DNA of 64,000 bases, taken from Candidatus Multivoradales bacterium. Lineage in GTDB: Bacteria; Acidobacteriota; Thermoanaerobaculia; Multivoradales; Multivoraceae. Below are positions 1 through 10,694 of this stretch, in pieces. The position numbers and the translations under genes are program-made. How positions within the stretch are numbered: the stretch's first letter is position 1; each line of letters starts with the position of its first letter. The DNA is taken from positions 1,056,001 to 1,120,000 of the forward strand of contig CBDCWI010000002.1 in the NCBI GenBank assembly GCA_965223325.1. Direction: 5' to 3'. The notes below the pieces were generated by a model, which was not told where the DNA came from, did no database searches, and saw nothing but the letters and a program-made list of their open reading frames with translations.

Positions 1-86
1 AGGACCGCCGGAGAGATCGTCGGCAACATCACCATCGCCGGAAGGAGAGGGCAGCTGAATCGAGGCCGCAGGGCAGAAAGTCTCAT
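1..86 (-). CDS. Possible N-terminus (signal-peptide-like) of a gene running off the left edge
   Basis: ATG at 86 on - strand reads MRLSALRPRFSCPLLPAMVMLPTISPAV..., basic then hydrophobic; divergent from the next gene. Too short to identify. Confidence 0.3.
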   Translation of the reverse strand, partial: MRLSALRPRFSCPLLPAMVMLPTISPAV

Positions 87-279
87 CACCACGAATCCTA
101 ACGTTTCTCGGGTGCTCCGATTCCACCTACCCCCAGTTCCGACAAACATTGACCGCGCAGCAGCGATCTGGTTTCCTTAGTCGTATTCCCCAATGCTCGA
201 ACGACGGTTCTGCTCGCACCCGCCTCGCGGCCAAGGGCCGATCCGGAACTTTCCGCTCCGTACCTGGAGGGCCCGCGCC

Positions 280-1677
280 ATGCCTCGATCTCCCCGCAAG
301 ACCCCGGAAAACACCAATGGGCAGGTCGCCTCAGGAACCACAGGTCTCAGTCGCCGCCGCGTCCTGCAGACCGCCGCCACCGCCGCCGCCGGCTGGACGA
401 TCGTTCCCCGCCACGTGCTCGGCCGGGGCTACCAGGCCCCGAGCGATACCGTTCTGGTGGCAGGGATCGGGGTCGGCGGCCGGGGCTTCAGCGACATCAA
501 CGGCTGTGCGCCACACGCAGAGATCGTCGCGCTGGCCGACGTCGACTACCAGCGCGCCGCACCGGCGTTCCGGCGCTACCCTGAGGCGCCGCGCTATCGC
601 GACTTTCGCGACATGCTCGAGAAGCACCCGGAAATCGACGCGGTCACCATCGGCACCCCCGACCACACTCACGCCTACATCGCGGTCACCGCGATGGAAT
701 CCGGCAAACACGTCTACTGCGAGAAGCCGCTCACCCGCACCATCCACGAGGCACGGGTGCTCGCAGATGTTGCGACGAAGAGCGGCGTGGCAACACAGAT
801 GGGCAACCAGGGGCACGCCGGAGCCGGCACCCGCCAGATTCGCGAATGGATCGAAGCCGGGGTCATCGGCAAGGTCGAAAGTGTCGAATTCTGGACCAAC
901 CGGCCGATCTGGCCACAGGCCATCGAGCGCCCGACCGACCTCCATCACATACCTGACACGTTGAGCTGGGACCTTTGGCTGGGACCCGCCCCCGAGCGCC
1001 CCTTCCACCCCGCCTACGTGCCGTTCCGGTGGCGCGGCTGGTGGGACTACGGTACCGGCGCTCTCGGCGATATTGCCTGTCACGCGATGGACGCATCGTT
1101 CTGGGCTCTCGACCTGCGCGAGCCCACCCGCATTCACGCCGAAAGCACCTTGCTCTTCGAAGAAACCGCCCCGGCCTCGAGTCGCATCGTCTACGAGTTC
1201 CCGGAACGCAACGGACGGCCAGCTCTCAATGCCACCTGGCGCGACGGTGGACTGCTGCCACCGCGGCGCCCCGAGTTCCCGGCCGATCAACCGTGGCCCG
1301 GCGGAACCTCAGGCCAGCTGATCGTCGGCAGAGAGGGCATCATCATGGCCGACATGTACGCCACCGCCCCGCGCCTCTATCCCGAGTCGCTAGCCGAAGA
1401 GATCGCCGCCAACCCGGTCGACGAGAAATATCCGCGCACCGAAGGTGTTTACAAGGAGTGGATCGATGCCTGCGCCGGCAAAGGCACGGCGGGCTCGAAC
1501 TTTCCCGACCATGCCACTCCACTCACCGAAATGTGCCTGCTCGGCAACCTCGCACTGCGCTCAGGCCAGACCATCGAATGGGATTCGAAAAAGGGCATGG
1601 TCGCCAACGTCAAGTCAGCCAACCAGTGGATCAAGGAGCCAGCCCGCAAGGGCTGGAAGCTCGACGCCCTGGCCTAG
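280..1677 (+). CDS. Tat-exported Gfo/Idh/MocA family oxidoreductase
   Basis: Twin-arginine SRRRVL signal; Rossmann GIGVGGRG; TPDHTH and HVYCEKP motifs; GGAGG RBS before ATG 280 (ORF track starts at 193). Confidence 0.92.
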   Translation: MPRSPRKTPENTNGQVASGTTGLSRRRVLQTAATAAAGWTIVPRHVLGRGYQAPSDTVLVAGIGVGGRGFSDINGCAPHAEIVALADVDYQRAAPAFRRYPEAPRYRDFRDMLEKHPEIDAVTIGTPDHTHAYIAVTAMESGKHVYCEKPLTRTIHEARVLADVATKSGVATQMGNQGHAGAGTRQIREWIEAGVIGKVESVEFWTNRPIWPQAIERPTDLHHIPDTLSWDLWLGPAPERPFHPAYVPFRWRGWWDYGTGALGDIACHAMDASFWALDLREPTRIHAESTLLFEETAPASSRIVYEFPERNGRPALNATWRDGGLLPPRRPEFPADQPWPGGTSGQLIVGREGIIMADMYATAPRLYPESLAEEIAANPVDEKYPRTEGVYKEWIDACAGKGTAGSNFPDHATPLTEMCLLGNLALRSGQTIEWDSKKGMVANVKSANQWIKEPARKGWKLDALA

Positions 1678-1698
1678 CACGCTCTTACCCCCTCCTCT

Positions 1699-1983
1699 AT
1701 GACTGAAACCGTCCTCTGCAGCCGCTACGGCGATCGCCTCCCGGCGCTCGAGAACCCTCCAATGCCGGGCGCGCTCGGAAAGCGCATCAAGGAAGCGGTC
1801 TCCGCCAGGGCCTGGGCTGAATGGACCGAGGAGGAGGTGCTGGTGATCAACCACTACGCCCTGAGCCTCGTCGACCCAGAGCATCAGCGGTTCCTGATGG
1901 AGCGCATGAACGCCTGGCTGTTCGAGCAGGCACCGGGAGTCGACACCTCCAAGCCACCGGTCGACGGCCCGCCACGCTCTTGA
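1699..1983 (+). CDS. yggX: Fe(II)-trafficking / oxidative damage protection protein YggX
   Basis: V-x-C near N-terminus, PPMPGALGKRI, AWAEW, INHYAL, FLMERMNAWLF; 94 aa fits the family. Confidence 0.88.
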   Translation: MTETVLCSRYGDRLPALENPPMPGALGKRIKEAVSARAWAEWTEEEVLVINHYALSLVDPEHQRFLMERMNAWLFEQAPGVDTSKPPVDGPPRS

Positions 1984-3509
1984 CGAGTCGAACGGCGCCG
2001 GCTCTAGGCGCTACAGGTCCGGCTCCGGCGCTGCCCACCGCGGCTCTGCTGGCGGTCTTCTCGTTCGGAGCGCTCTTCTTGCCGCAACCCGTAAAGGGAG
2101 CCGAGTCTGGCGGGCCGCTCGCCCAACCGGAGCTGCCAGCCAGCGCACGCGCGCTCGCCTGCTGTTCGCTCGACCAGGAAACGCTCGACGACTCACCGCC
2201 GGGCACGGTCCTGGTTCTCGAACCTGGCACCTGGTTCCTCGACCGCCAGCTCACAATCCCCGCCGGTGTCGAGGTCGTTGGGCGAGATGACTACGTCGAG
2301 ATCACCGGCTCGCGGGTGACGGTGTTTCAGAAGGTGGGCAACCTCTGGGCCGCCGCCGGCCAGACTCAGGAGACGACCAACCACTACCCCTACTGCCCCG
2401 AAGACGGTTACTGCCGTCCGGAGCAGGTGTGGTTGGACTCGGTGGCCCTCGAGCAGGTCGAACACCAGAGAGACCTCTCGGCCGGTCACTTCTGGTTCGA
2501 CTACAAGGGCGACACGATCTACCTTGCCGACGATCCCAGCGACCACGAGGTGCACGTCTCCTGGACACGCAAAGCCTTCGTGCTCGAAGAAGGCGCAACC
2601 CTGCGCAATGTGCACATAACGCGGTTTCGAACCTTGGCAGCCATGCCGGCGGAGCTCCACGCCACCGTCATCGCGGGTGCGCGTGCCGAGCTCCAGGACG
2701 TCACCATCAGCGACGCCCCAGGTGCGTGCCTCCGCCTCGAAGGCCCCGGCAGCCGCGCCCTCAGAACGCGCCTTCTGCGCTGCGGTCGTCTCGGTCTGGC
2801 CATCGGGCGCGAAGCGCACGGGGCCGAGTTCTCACATGGCGAGATCGGCTGGGGCAACCACGCCGGCTACAACACCGGTCACGAGGCCGCCTGTGCAAAG
2901 ACGGTGGGCACCAACGGCGTCACCTTCGACTCGAACTGGGTCCACGACTGCGACGGGCCGGGCCTATGGACCGACATCGGCGTGCGGGGCGCGGTGATTC
3001 GAAACAACACCATCGCACGTACCGAGTTCGGCGTCTTCCACGAGATCAGCTACGACGCCCGCATCGAAGGCAACACCCTCACCGACAACCGGCACGGCAT
3101 CAAGGTCGTCAACGGCGGCGAAGGAAAGCCGGTTGAAATCAAGGGCAACCAGGTCACTTATTTCGATCCCGACGGCACCGGCATTACCGTGCAGTGGGAT
3201 TGTCGCGAAGACCCGCGGCAGTGGATCGGTGGCCGGGTGGTGGTGGAGAGGAACCACATCAGCGGGCCGGGGCGCGTCAAGGGTTGGTGGGCCAACGGTC
3301 ACCAGGCCGGCCAACGGGTCGACACGGACTGCGAGTTCCTGATGCAGGAGCGACCGTTGGCCGACTGGTACGAGCTGGTGGAGTGGAAAGACAACACCGT
3401 CGACGCTGTCGGTGAAGAGGCTTGGGTCTGGTGGAGCGCCGGAAGCGGCCAGGTCAAGATCTCGGGCGAAGAGTGGCGGAGCGCCCAACGGGCGATGCGT
3501 GAGCGCTAG
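1984..3509 (+). CDS. Secreted right-handed parallel beta-helix (pectin-lyase-like) protein; start uncertain
   Basis: PbH1-like repeats (FDSNWVHDCDGPGLWTD, IRNNTI, GVFHEISYDARIEGNTL) after a hydrophobic signal-like stretch. The ORF from 1821 overlaps yggX, so the true start is probably after 1983. Confidence 0.75.
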
Positions 3510-3542
3510 GGCTGAACCCGAGAGTCTCGAGAGAAAGTAAGT

Positions 3543-5564
3543 CTACGAGGCCTCGACGGCTTGCGCTTTGGTCCGGTCGCGGCGGCTGGTCACGTTCTGC
3601 TCGAGCCAGGCGATCAGCTCGTCGGGCTGAAACGGTTTGACCAGCTCGGGTAGGCCGCAATCGGGCCGATGCTGCCCGACGCGGAAGCCGGAACACAGGA
3701 GCACGGGAAGCTCCGGGCGTACCGATCGCACATGCACCAGGAGATCGGTTCCGGTTCCATCCGGCAGTCGATGATCAGAGACCACGACGTCGAAGTCATC
3801 GATCCTGGTTTCGACAAGCTTCCAGGCTTCGCGAAACGATGACGCTCGCGTGACGCGGTGCGATGCGCCGGCTAGTAGATGCTCGATGAGATCGAGTGCC
3901 TGCAAGTCGTCGTCGACGAGCAGAATGGCGAGCGAGCGTTGCGGGCGCTCCTCAGCCGCCGCCGGAACGACTTCCGGTTCGGGCAGAAGAACCCTGAACG
4001 TCGACCCGTCGCGACCGGAATCGAGCAACAGCGCTCCACGCTCGCCGGTGACGATGCCGGCGACCGCCGCAAGACCGAGCCCGCTGCGATGTTCCCAGTC
4101 TCCTCGATACGGTTCGAGAATATAGGAGCGCGCCCGCCGACCGACGCCTGAGCCCTGGTCGCGCACTTCGATCTCGACGTAGCGGCCCGGCTCGGGCTTG
4201 CCGTCTTCGATAAGGCTCGCTTTCAGTTCCTTCCGCGTCACCGAACGGCGTCGGACCGACACCTGGACGTTGCCCCGCACCGCGGCGCTGGCACGCACCG
4301 CGTTCGAGAGGATGTTCAGGATCACCTGCTGCAAACGACCGGGGTCGACGATCAGCCGGGCCTCGGGATCGACCTCGCCGAGGGTGATCTCGACCCCAGA
4401 CGCAGCGGCTCGGCGATGGATCAGGCGGAGCGCCTCCGAAACGGAGTCGCCAACCTGGAGGGATTCCCTGAAGACCACACCGCGACCGGAATATGCAAGC
4501 AACTGCTTGACGAGACTCGAGGCCTCGACGGCGGCTGATCGCACCGATCGAAGCATCGACAACGAGTCTTCCGGATCCGCCGTTCGGGCCTCCATCGAGT
4601 CGATCAACAGCTCCGAGTTCGCCAACACCGTGGTCAAAAGATTGTTGAAGTCGTGAGCGATACCGCCGGTCAGATGACCGACGAGCTCGAGTCGCTGTGA
4701 CCGCCCCAAACGCAGTTCTCGTTCGAGCCGCTCGGACTCGGCCTGGGCGCGCTCGGTCTCGTCGACGACGGTGATGAGCTCGGAGTCGCGGCCTAGAAAC
4801 TGGATCGGCTGGCGCTCGATGCGCACTGTACGGCCGGCTCCTCCAATCGCCACCTCCAGCGAGTCGTGGGTAGCCGCCGCAGCGACTGGCAGGAGATCCT
4901 CTAGAGGCTTACCGACCAGGTCGTGAGGGTGCCGCTCGAACAACAACGCCGCCTCGGCATTCCCGAAGTCGATGCGACCCTCGGTGACGACCAGGGTGCC
5001 CACCGGTTGACGATCCACCAAGTCCTCGAAGCCTGCTCCCATCGCCGCCAGCGCATCGAGCGAACGTCGTCGCCAGACGAAATAGAAGGCGCTCATTCCG
5101 CCCATCGCCAACATGACCAGCGAGAGGTTGCTGACGATCTGGGCGCTGGTCGACGTCACGCCGGTGCGCGAGGCGATCCAGGCGGCTCCGGCGAGTGCCA
5201 CCACGCTGGCGCCAACCGCAACGGGCATCGAGCCCGCGAGGGTGGCGAGCACCGGAACGATGGCAATCCAGAACAGAGTCGCCGGCGGATGCGACCCGGT
5301 GTCGACCGACCAACCGACGGCCAGAAGCGAAACTGCGGTCAGAAGCAGTAGCAGGCGGTCCGGTCGACCGCCAAGCCGAAGGGCAACCAGGGTCACTGCC
5401 GCGGCCCCGGCCGTCACCAGGTTGGCGGCGCCCGGACCACTGACCGCCAGGTCGATCGCTGCGATGGCGAGACAACCCCACCCGAAGAACCACACGAGCG
5501 CGGTGCGCAGGTCGCTGAAAAGCACTCTGGGTACGGCTGCGGAAGGCGAACTGGTCAAGGACAC
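3543..5564 (-). CDS. Membrane-bound hybrid sensor histidine kinase (TM-PAS-HisKA-HATPase-REC)
   Basis: Several TM helices; H-box GGIAHDFNNLL; N-box NILSNA; G1 RDQGSG; G2 SGLGLA; receiver ILLVDDD...VVSD...LVKPF. Confidence 0.92.
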   Translation of the reverse strand: MSLTSSPSAAVPRVLFSDLRTALVWFFGWGCLAIAAIDLAVSGPGAANLVTAGAAAVTLVALRLGGRPDRLLLLLTAVSLLAVGWSVDTGSHPPATLFWIAIVPVLATLAGSMPVAVGASVVALAGAAWIASRTGVTSTSAQIVSNLSLVMLAMGGMSAFYFVWRRRSLDALAAMGAGFEDLVDRQPVGTLVVTEGRIDFGNAEAALLFERHPHDLVGKPLEDLLPVAAAATHDSLEVAIGGAGRTVRIERQPIQFLGRDSELITVVDETERAQAESERLERELRLGRSQRLELVGHLTGGIAHDFNNLLTTVLANSELLIDSMEARTADPEDSLSMLRSVRSAAVEASSLVKQLLAYSGRGVVFRESLQVGDSVSEALRLIHRRAAASGVEITLGEVDPEARLIVDPGRLQQVILNILSNAVRASAAVRGNVQVSVRRRSVTRKELKASLIEDGKPEPGRYVEIEVRDQGSGVGRRARSYILEPYRGDWEHRSGLGLAAVAGIVTGERGALLLDSGRDGSTFRVLLPEPEVVPAAAEERPQRSLAILLVDDDLQALDLIEHLLAGASHRVTRASSFREAWKLVETRIDDFDVVVSDHRLPDGTGTDLLVHVRSVRPELPVLLCSGFRVGQHRPDCGLPELVKPFQPDELIAWLEQNVTSRRDRTKAQAVEAS

Positions 5565-5796
5565 GATGAATGAGCTCGAAATAGAAGCGGCCCTGTCGAA
5601 CGATCGGACCCACCTCGAATACGTCCCGCAACCGGCGACAGTTCCGGACGATCGCGACAGGCCATGGATGCGGGAAGCGGTGGGCTCGACGAGGCCGCCC
5701 GGATCCGCGGAAACCGGAGAATAAATGCGCCTATGCGCAAGTTATAACTATACCAGCGAGCTGTCGGGATCGGCAGCCTTTCGGCCCTCGTTCGGC

Positions 5797-6067
5797 TCAG
5801 CCTGCCCGCTCGAGGTCACCAACCTCGAGGATCCTGGAGACGATGCGCCCGGCTCGCGGGACTCGGCCGGCGCGCTGGGCGGTGTCGCTGCGCTCGCCGC
5901 GCGGAGTCGCCACCTCGAGCGTCATCGTGTCGCCCTCGACCGTGGCGGAGTATTCGAGCGCGACCACCATGCCCTGGGACTCGGTCGTGCGCGTGAAAGA
6001 GAGCGTTGCGTCCGAGAAGGTGACGTTCTCGAGGGCCTCCTCACCGTCGCGCCCGGTGAAGGTACCG
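5797..6067 (-). pseudogene. 5'-truncated remnant of a small beta-rich protein
   Basis: Frame reads GTFTGRDGEEALENVTFSDATLSFTRTTESQGMVVALEYSATVEGDTMTLEVATPRGER with gene-like codon usage, but has no plausible in-frame start or N-terminal half. Confidence 0.35.
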
Positions 6068-6229
6068 CAGCAAGGACCCGGGAGGCGCCGGACGCGGCTC
6101 GAAGACCCATGGTCTATTCTTTCGTCTAGGCCTTCACCCGCGCTCCGCTTGCGCACGGCACTCAGCGAGATACAGATCTCAGCAAAGATGCAGAGCGCAG
6201 ATGCCACAAGCTCGCAAGGTAAACCAACG

Positions 6230-6892
6230 ATGCCCAACCCTCTCGCCCGCCTCCTTCCCACCGTCACCTTACGGGCGTTCGGCATCCCAGCCTTCCTTGC
6301 CGTCGTGCTGCTCGCGCCCTTCGCCGCCGCCGTCGCCCAGGAGACCGAAGGCGCCAACGATAGCGCCACCAGCGAGGCGAGCACCGAGGACGAGACGCCT
6401 CCACCGCCTCGCCGCCCCGACGACGGAGAGACGACGCAGCTCGAACTCGACGGCCAGAAAGTCTCGCTCCAGTACATGCCCCTCGAGACCGGGTCGATCG
6501 AGCACGAACGATTCCAGAGCACCGGTGACGGCGACGTCTTCTGGTTCGACGCGGCGCGCTGCTTCAAGTTCAAGACCGACGTGACGCTCCGACACGCCAG
6601 CGGAGCCACCATCGAGGCCCACAACGTCCATCCCGAATACCCGGGAATCTACTGTCTCTGGCTGGTGCGGGACGACGGTTGGCAGCTGCTCTTCAACGAG
6701 CAGGCTGACGTCTGGGGCAGCATGCACGACAGCAGGTTCGATCGCGCGCGGGTGCCGCTCACCTGGGGTGAGGCCGAAGAGAATGCTCCCGAACTCGACA
6801 TACGGTTGAGCAAGGACAACAACGGGTCCGTCGCCCTCGAGTTGGCCTGGGGGCGCGACCGGGGCCACGCCACGTTCACCGTCGACCGTTGA
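6230..6892 (+). CDS. Secreted DUF2911-like protein
   Basis: Signal peptide (AFLAVVLLAPFAAAVAQ); GIYCLWL...WQLLFNEQADVWGS.HD...ARVPL...LELAWG matches the DUF2911 pattern. Confidence 0.7.
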   Translation: MPNPLARLLPTVTLRAFGIPAFLAVVLLAPFAAAVAQETEGANDSATSEASTEDETPPPPRRPDDGETTQLELDGQKVSLQYMPLETGSIEHERFQSTGDGDVFWFDAARCFKFKTDVTLRHASGATIEAHNVHPEYPGIYCLWLVRDDGWQLLFNEQADVWGSMHDSRFDRARVPLTWGEAEENAPELDIRLSKDNNGSVALELAWGRDRGHATFTVDR

Positions 6893-6912
6893 GTCCGGCG
6901 AGTCAGAGCGGT

Positions 6913-8334
6913 CTAGCGCGACACCGAGGGCGCCTCGGGCCACACCGTCGTATGAGGAAAGAACCCATACCAGGCAAACCAGAGCGATAGATGCCCCGGT
7001 AGGCGCAACAAGCGGTCGCCGCCCTCCGACACCAACGCATCTTCTTCTCGGCGCCATTCGATTCCGGCCTCGTCGACCAGTCCCCCGCTCCCCACCAGAC
7101 GCCTGAAGCGCTGCCCGTCGCGTTCGTAGATTCGCACCTCGCCGCTCTCTGGATCGTGGATCAGGACAATCTCTTCTTTACCGATGCGGTCGTTGAGCAC
7201 CGGTCGTCGTGCCAGCGCCTCGATCAGCCACGCTCGGGCGTGTTCGCCACGTCGCAGGGCGTAGACCTCGGCGCCGCGCTCCAGGAGGGAGCTCTTCTTC
7301 CAGATCGGAAACGACACGCCGCGCCGCGCGCGGTTGGCCTCATCGGGAAGGTAGCGAAAGTTCCAGCGGGCACCGTAGTCGCGGTCGAGGACCATGACCG
7401 TCGTTTCGGGGTGTGCTGCCCGCCAGGCGCCCCAGGTGGTGAGGGTCATCGGCAGAATCTCGAGCTCGGCAGTGGTGGCCGCGAGACGCCCCAACACCGG
7501 TGTGCCGGTGAGATTGCTCCACAGGGTCATTGAAGAGCGATCCCACATCAGCTTGTTCGACCGATAGAGGAGCCCGGAAGTCCCGAAGGTCCTCGTGCCG
7601 CCGTTGGCGGTGCGGCCGGAGTACACGACCCCGGAGTCACACAGCGTTCAGTAACTGACCGTGAGCGGCCTGCCTCCAACCGTGTCGTTGACCATCTCGT
7701 GCCAGCTGACATAGCGCAGTGGCCAGGCGCGCGACTCACCACCGAGCGCGATGGCAAAGACCAGCTCGTCGTCGGTCAGGCCACGTGCCTGCTGCGCGGC
7801 CACGTGCGGTGGCGCCTCGAGCGGCGGGATGCCATCGAGAGGTACGCCGCCCCACACCACTTCCTCGAGACGGATCCGTTGCGGCATCCCGGGATAGAGG
7901 ATCTGGCCGTAGCGTGGATCGATGCGCGAGAACAGCTCGACCTTCCAGGCTACGTAACCAGGCGGAGCGACGAGTTCCTGTCTCCGCCCCACCAACTCGA
8001 CCCAGTCGTAGTAGTCACGCCCCACCGTTTCTCCGGCCAGCCCTTCGAGCACTTCGACGAGCCGGCGACGCTCGATCACCGGAGTGAAAAAGAGCGCATC
8101 CACCAGCGGCGGAATCCAGTGCGGATTGCCCGAAGCCATGAGCATCTCGGCGGCCGCCCGCTGCTGGCGGCGCTTACCGTCCATCAGATCGCGAATCGCC
8201 TGGTAACCGTCGATGGGAGGGAGGGCCAGGAGAACCTGGGGTGAAAGAACCACGGGTAACAGAAGGATCCCCAAGGCCAACGCGACCCCGAACGGCTGCC
8301 AGCGAGAAGAGCCAAGCTTGGTGAGACGACGCAT
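6913..8334 (-). CDS. DUF3179 family protein, probable selenoprotein (TGA at 7648-7650 read as Sec, UxxC motif)
   Basis: Two in-frame ORFs join across one TGA: WHEMVNDTVGGRPLTVSY*TLCDSGVVY...FGTSGLLYRSNKLMWDR. The stop sits where the family has the first Cys of YCxLC. GGAGG RBS and signal peptide at 8334. Confidence 0.85.
7616..7634 (-). promoter_or_regulatory. Putative bacterial SECIS hairpin
   Basis: CCGGGGU-CGUGU-ACUCCGG: 7-bp stem (one G-U) with a G-containing 5-nt loop, starting 13 nt after the UGA. Confidence 0.6.
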
Positions 8335-8475
8335 CGTCTGACGATAGCCTCCAGAGTTCACGAATCTGTCACAGCCCTGGGAGTCCGCCAGCGGGTCGCG
8401 CGGGCGCAGAGCCTTGCGCCGGCAACCGGAGCCGCCCGACCAACTCCTGCCAGCGGCGTGCGGTAGGTTGCAGGC

Positions 8476-9213
8476 ATGCCAACCACTCCCGCTCAACGGG
8501 TCCTCGACTCCACACGTCGTCTCGGCGAGGCGCTCGACTTCCCGATCGACGGCCCGGCGTATGTCTACAACCCGCTGCAGTATGCATGGGCACCCTGGAA
8601 ACAGTACGTCGAGCGAAACGCTGCTCCGCCGCGGGACGAGCGCATCCTCTTGGTGGGCATGAATCCAGGCCCCTGGGGAATGGCACAGACCGGCGTACCG
8701 TTCGGTGCGGTTTCCGTGGTGCGCGACTGGTTGGGCATCGAAGAAGAGGTCGGTAAACCGGAGAACGAGCATCCCAAGCGACCCGTCGAAGGCTTCTTGT
8801 GCAGTCGCGAGGAAGTCAGCGGTGCCCGACTCTGGGGCTGGGCCGAAGAGCGCTTCAAGACACCAGAGCGTTTCTTCGAGCGCTTCTTCGTCGCCAACTA
8901 CTGCCCGCTTCTCTTCCTCGAAGAAAGCGGCCGCAACCTGACGCCCGACAAACTTCCCGCGGAAACCAGAAGGCGCGTGCTTGCCCCTTGCGATGCGGCG
9001 CTGCTGGAAGTGGCCGAGGCGGTGGGCACTACACGCGTCGTGGCGATCGGTGTCTGGGCCGAGAAACAGGCACGCTCGGCCCTCGCCGACACCGGCCTCG
9101 TTGTCGACCGCATCCTGCACCCGTCGCCCGCCTCACCCGCCGCCAACCGCGGATGGGCCGACCAGGCCGAGCGCCAACTCGAGGCTCTCGGAATCGATCC
9201 ATGGCCCGCCTGA
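8476..9213 (+). CDS. smug1: SMUG1-type (family 3) uracil-DNA glycosylase
   Basis: VYNPLQYA, GMNPGPWGMAQTGVPFG, EVSGARLW, NYCPL, ILHPSPASP motifs. Confidence 0.93.
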   Translation: MPTTPAQRVLDSTRRLGEALDFPIDGPAYVYNPLQYAWAPWKQYVERNAAPPRDERILLVGMNPGPWGMAQTGVPFGAVSVVRDWLGIEEEVGKPENEHPKRPVEGFLCSREEVSGARLWGWAEERFKTPERFFERFFVANYCPLLFLEESGRNLTPDKLPAETRRRVLAPCDAALLEVAEAVGTTRVVAIGVWAEKQARSALADTGLVVDRILHPSPASPAANRGWADQAERQLEALGIDPWPA

Positions 9214-10019
9214 ACCTCTTCGAATTCAACGACGCCCCCTGGTTTCCCCGCCTCCTGCGGCGCTACGAAGTCGACTACCTCGAAACCCTCTTCCGCCTCA
9301 CCGGCGCCTACGAACCCGCCGTACGAGTGCTCGCTTCGATGCTCGAGGAGATCAACAACGCGGGCACGAAGACGCGCATCGTCGACCTCGGCTCTGGCGG
9401 CGGCGGCCCCCTACCTTCGATCTTGCCTCAGCTACGCGAGAAGGCAGGCACCCTGGACGTCGTCCTGACCGACCTCCACCCCCAGCCCGAAAGTTGGCAA
9501 GACCTCATCTCTCGCGACCACGGCATTTCCTACAACGCCGCGCCCGTCGATGCCGCCGACCCCATGGCGACCCTCAGAGAGCCGAGCGATACCCCAACCC
9601 TTTACACGATGTTCGAAGTCTTCCACCACTTCCGCCGCCCGCTCGCCAAGAAGATCCTCGTCAGCGCCGTAGCCGACCAACGCCCCCTCGCCATCTTCGA
9701 CGCCGTGAGCCGCACCCCCCGCTTCATCCTCGGCTCGATCTTCATTCCCCTGGCAGTTCTTCTGATGACCCCAAGAATACGCCCCTTCCGGTGGACCCGC
9801 CTGCTCTTTACCTACCTCATCCCCATCCTCCCCATTGTCATCGGCTGGGACGGCCTGGTCTCCCACCTGAGAGCCTGGAAACAGGAAGAACTCGCCGACC
9901 TCGCGAGCGAACTCGCCGCCCCCGGCTGGACCTGGACTGCCAACGTCCTCAAAGAAGGCCAACTGGAAATCACCACCCTCTTCGGCCGCCCGGACAAAGC
10001 AGCCCCAAGGGCCCCCTGA
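9201..10019 (+). CDS. Class I SAM-dependent methyltransferase
   Basis: MARLNLFEFNDAPWFP start overlapping the SMUG1 end; VDLGSGGGGP motif I; LTDLHP; FHHF. Confidence 0.85.
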   Translation: MARLNLFEFNDAPWFPRLLRRYEVDYLETLFRLTGAYEPAVRVLASMLEEINNAGTKTRIVDLGSGGGGPLPSILPQLREKAGTLDVVLTDLHPQPESWQDLISRDHGISYNAAPVDAADPMATLREPSDTPTLYTMFEVFHHFRRPLAKKILVSAVADQRPLAIFDAVSRTPRFILGSIFIPLAVLLMTPRIRPFRWTRLLFTYLIPILPIVIGWDGLVSHLRAWKQEELADLASELAAPGWTWTANVLKEGQLEITTLFGRPDKAAPRAP

Positions 10020-10023
10020 AGTC

Positions 10024-10395
10024 ATGAGCCAGAAAAACCCTTTAGACCGCATCCGCCAGATCATCGCCCGCTGGCCCGAAACAGACGAACGCCTCTCCCA
10101 CGGCGCTCCCACCTGGTGGGGCGGCAAAAGGACCTTCGCCAACTTCCACGACAACCACCACGGCGACGGCCGCCTCGCCCTATGGTGCAAAGCCACTCTC
10201 GACCAGCAGGAGATGCTCATCGAGACCAACCCCGAAGCCTTCTTCAAGCCGCCCTACGTAGGCCATAAGGGCTGGGTGGGAATCAACCTCGATCGCGGCC
10301 TCGACTGGGATCTGGTCGAGGACCTTCTGGAAGAGGGCTACCGCTCTGTGGCTCCACAGCGCGCTATCAAACTGCTGGACGAAGGCGAAGCCTGA
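10024..10395 (+). CDS. MmcQ/YjbR family DNA-binding protein
   Basis: SHGAPTW..GKRTFA, DNHHGDGRLALWC, FFKPPYVGHKGWVG, YRSVAP. Confidence 0.88.
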   Translation: MSQKNPLDRIRQIIARWPETDERLSHGAPTWWGGKRTFANFHDNHHGDGRLALWCKATLDQQEMLIETNPEAFFKPPYVGHKGWVGINLDRGLDWDLVEDLLEEGYRSVAPQRAIKLLDEGEA

Positions 10396-10540
10396 CGAGC
10401 GAGTGACGCTGCGTTCTCGCGGGACGCGGCATCTTGACGGGCAGTGATCTCGCTCAAGGCGGGGGACCGAGGAGGTTGGCAAAGGCCGTGAGTCTGGGGT
10501 GCCATTCACCCACGAGTGGAACGGGAGTGCGACTAACGTA

Positions 10541-10653
10541 GCGCGATGTGCGAAGCACGAGCGAGCAAGACCACCATCCGGCTCCGAAACCGATCACTCC
10601 GCGCAAGTCGCCGAAGGCGCGCGCATGAATGCGCGATGTGCGAAGCACGAGCG
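10541..10653. repeat. 23-bp direct repeat, 2 copies 90 bp apart
   Basis: GCGCGATGTGCGAAGCACGAGCG at 10541 and 10631. Confidence 0.85.
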
Positions 10654-10694
10654 TGCACCCCCCTCACCAAACCTGTTGTGCGCAAACTCCGATA

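Noticed and set aside
8335-9120. N-terminal 262 aa of the 490-aa ORF 7648-9120
   Set aside because: Antisense shadow of SMUG1; the real gene starts at 8334 with an RBS and signal peptide.
10541-10653. Mini-CRISPR
   Set aside because: Only two 23-bp copies with a 67-bp spacer; no leader or cas genes.
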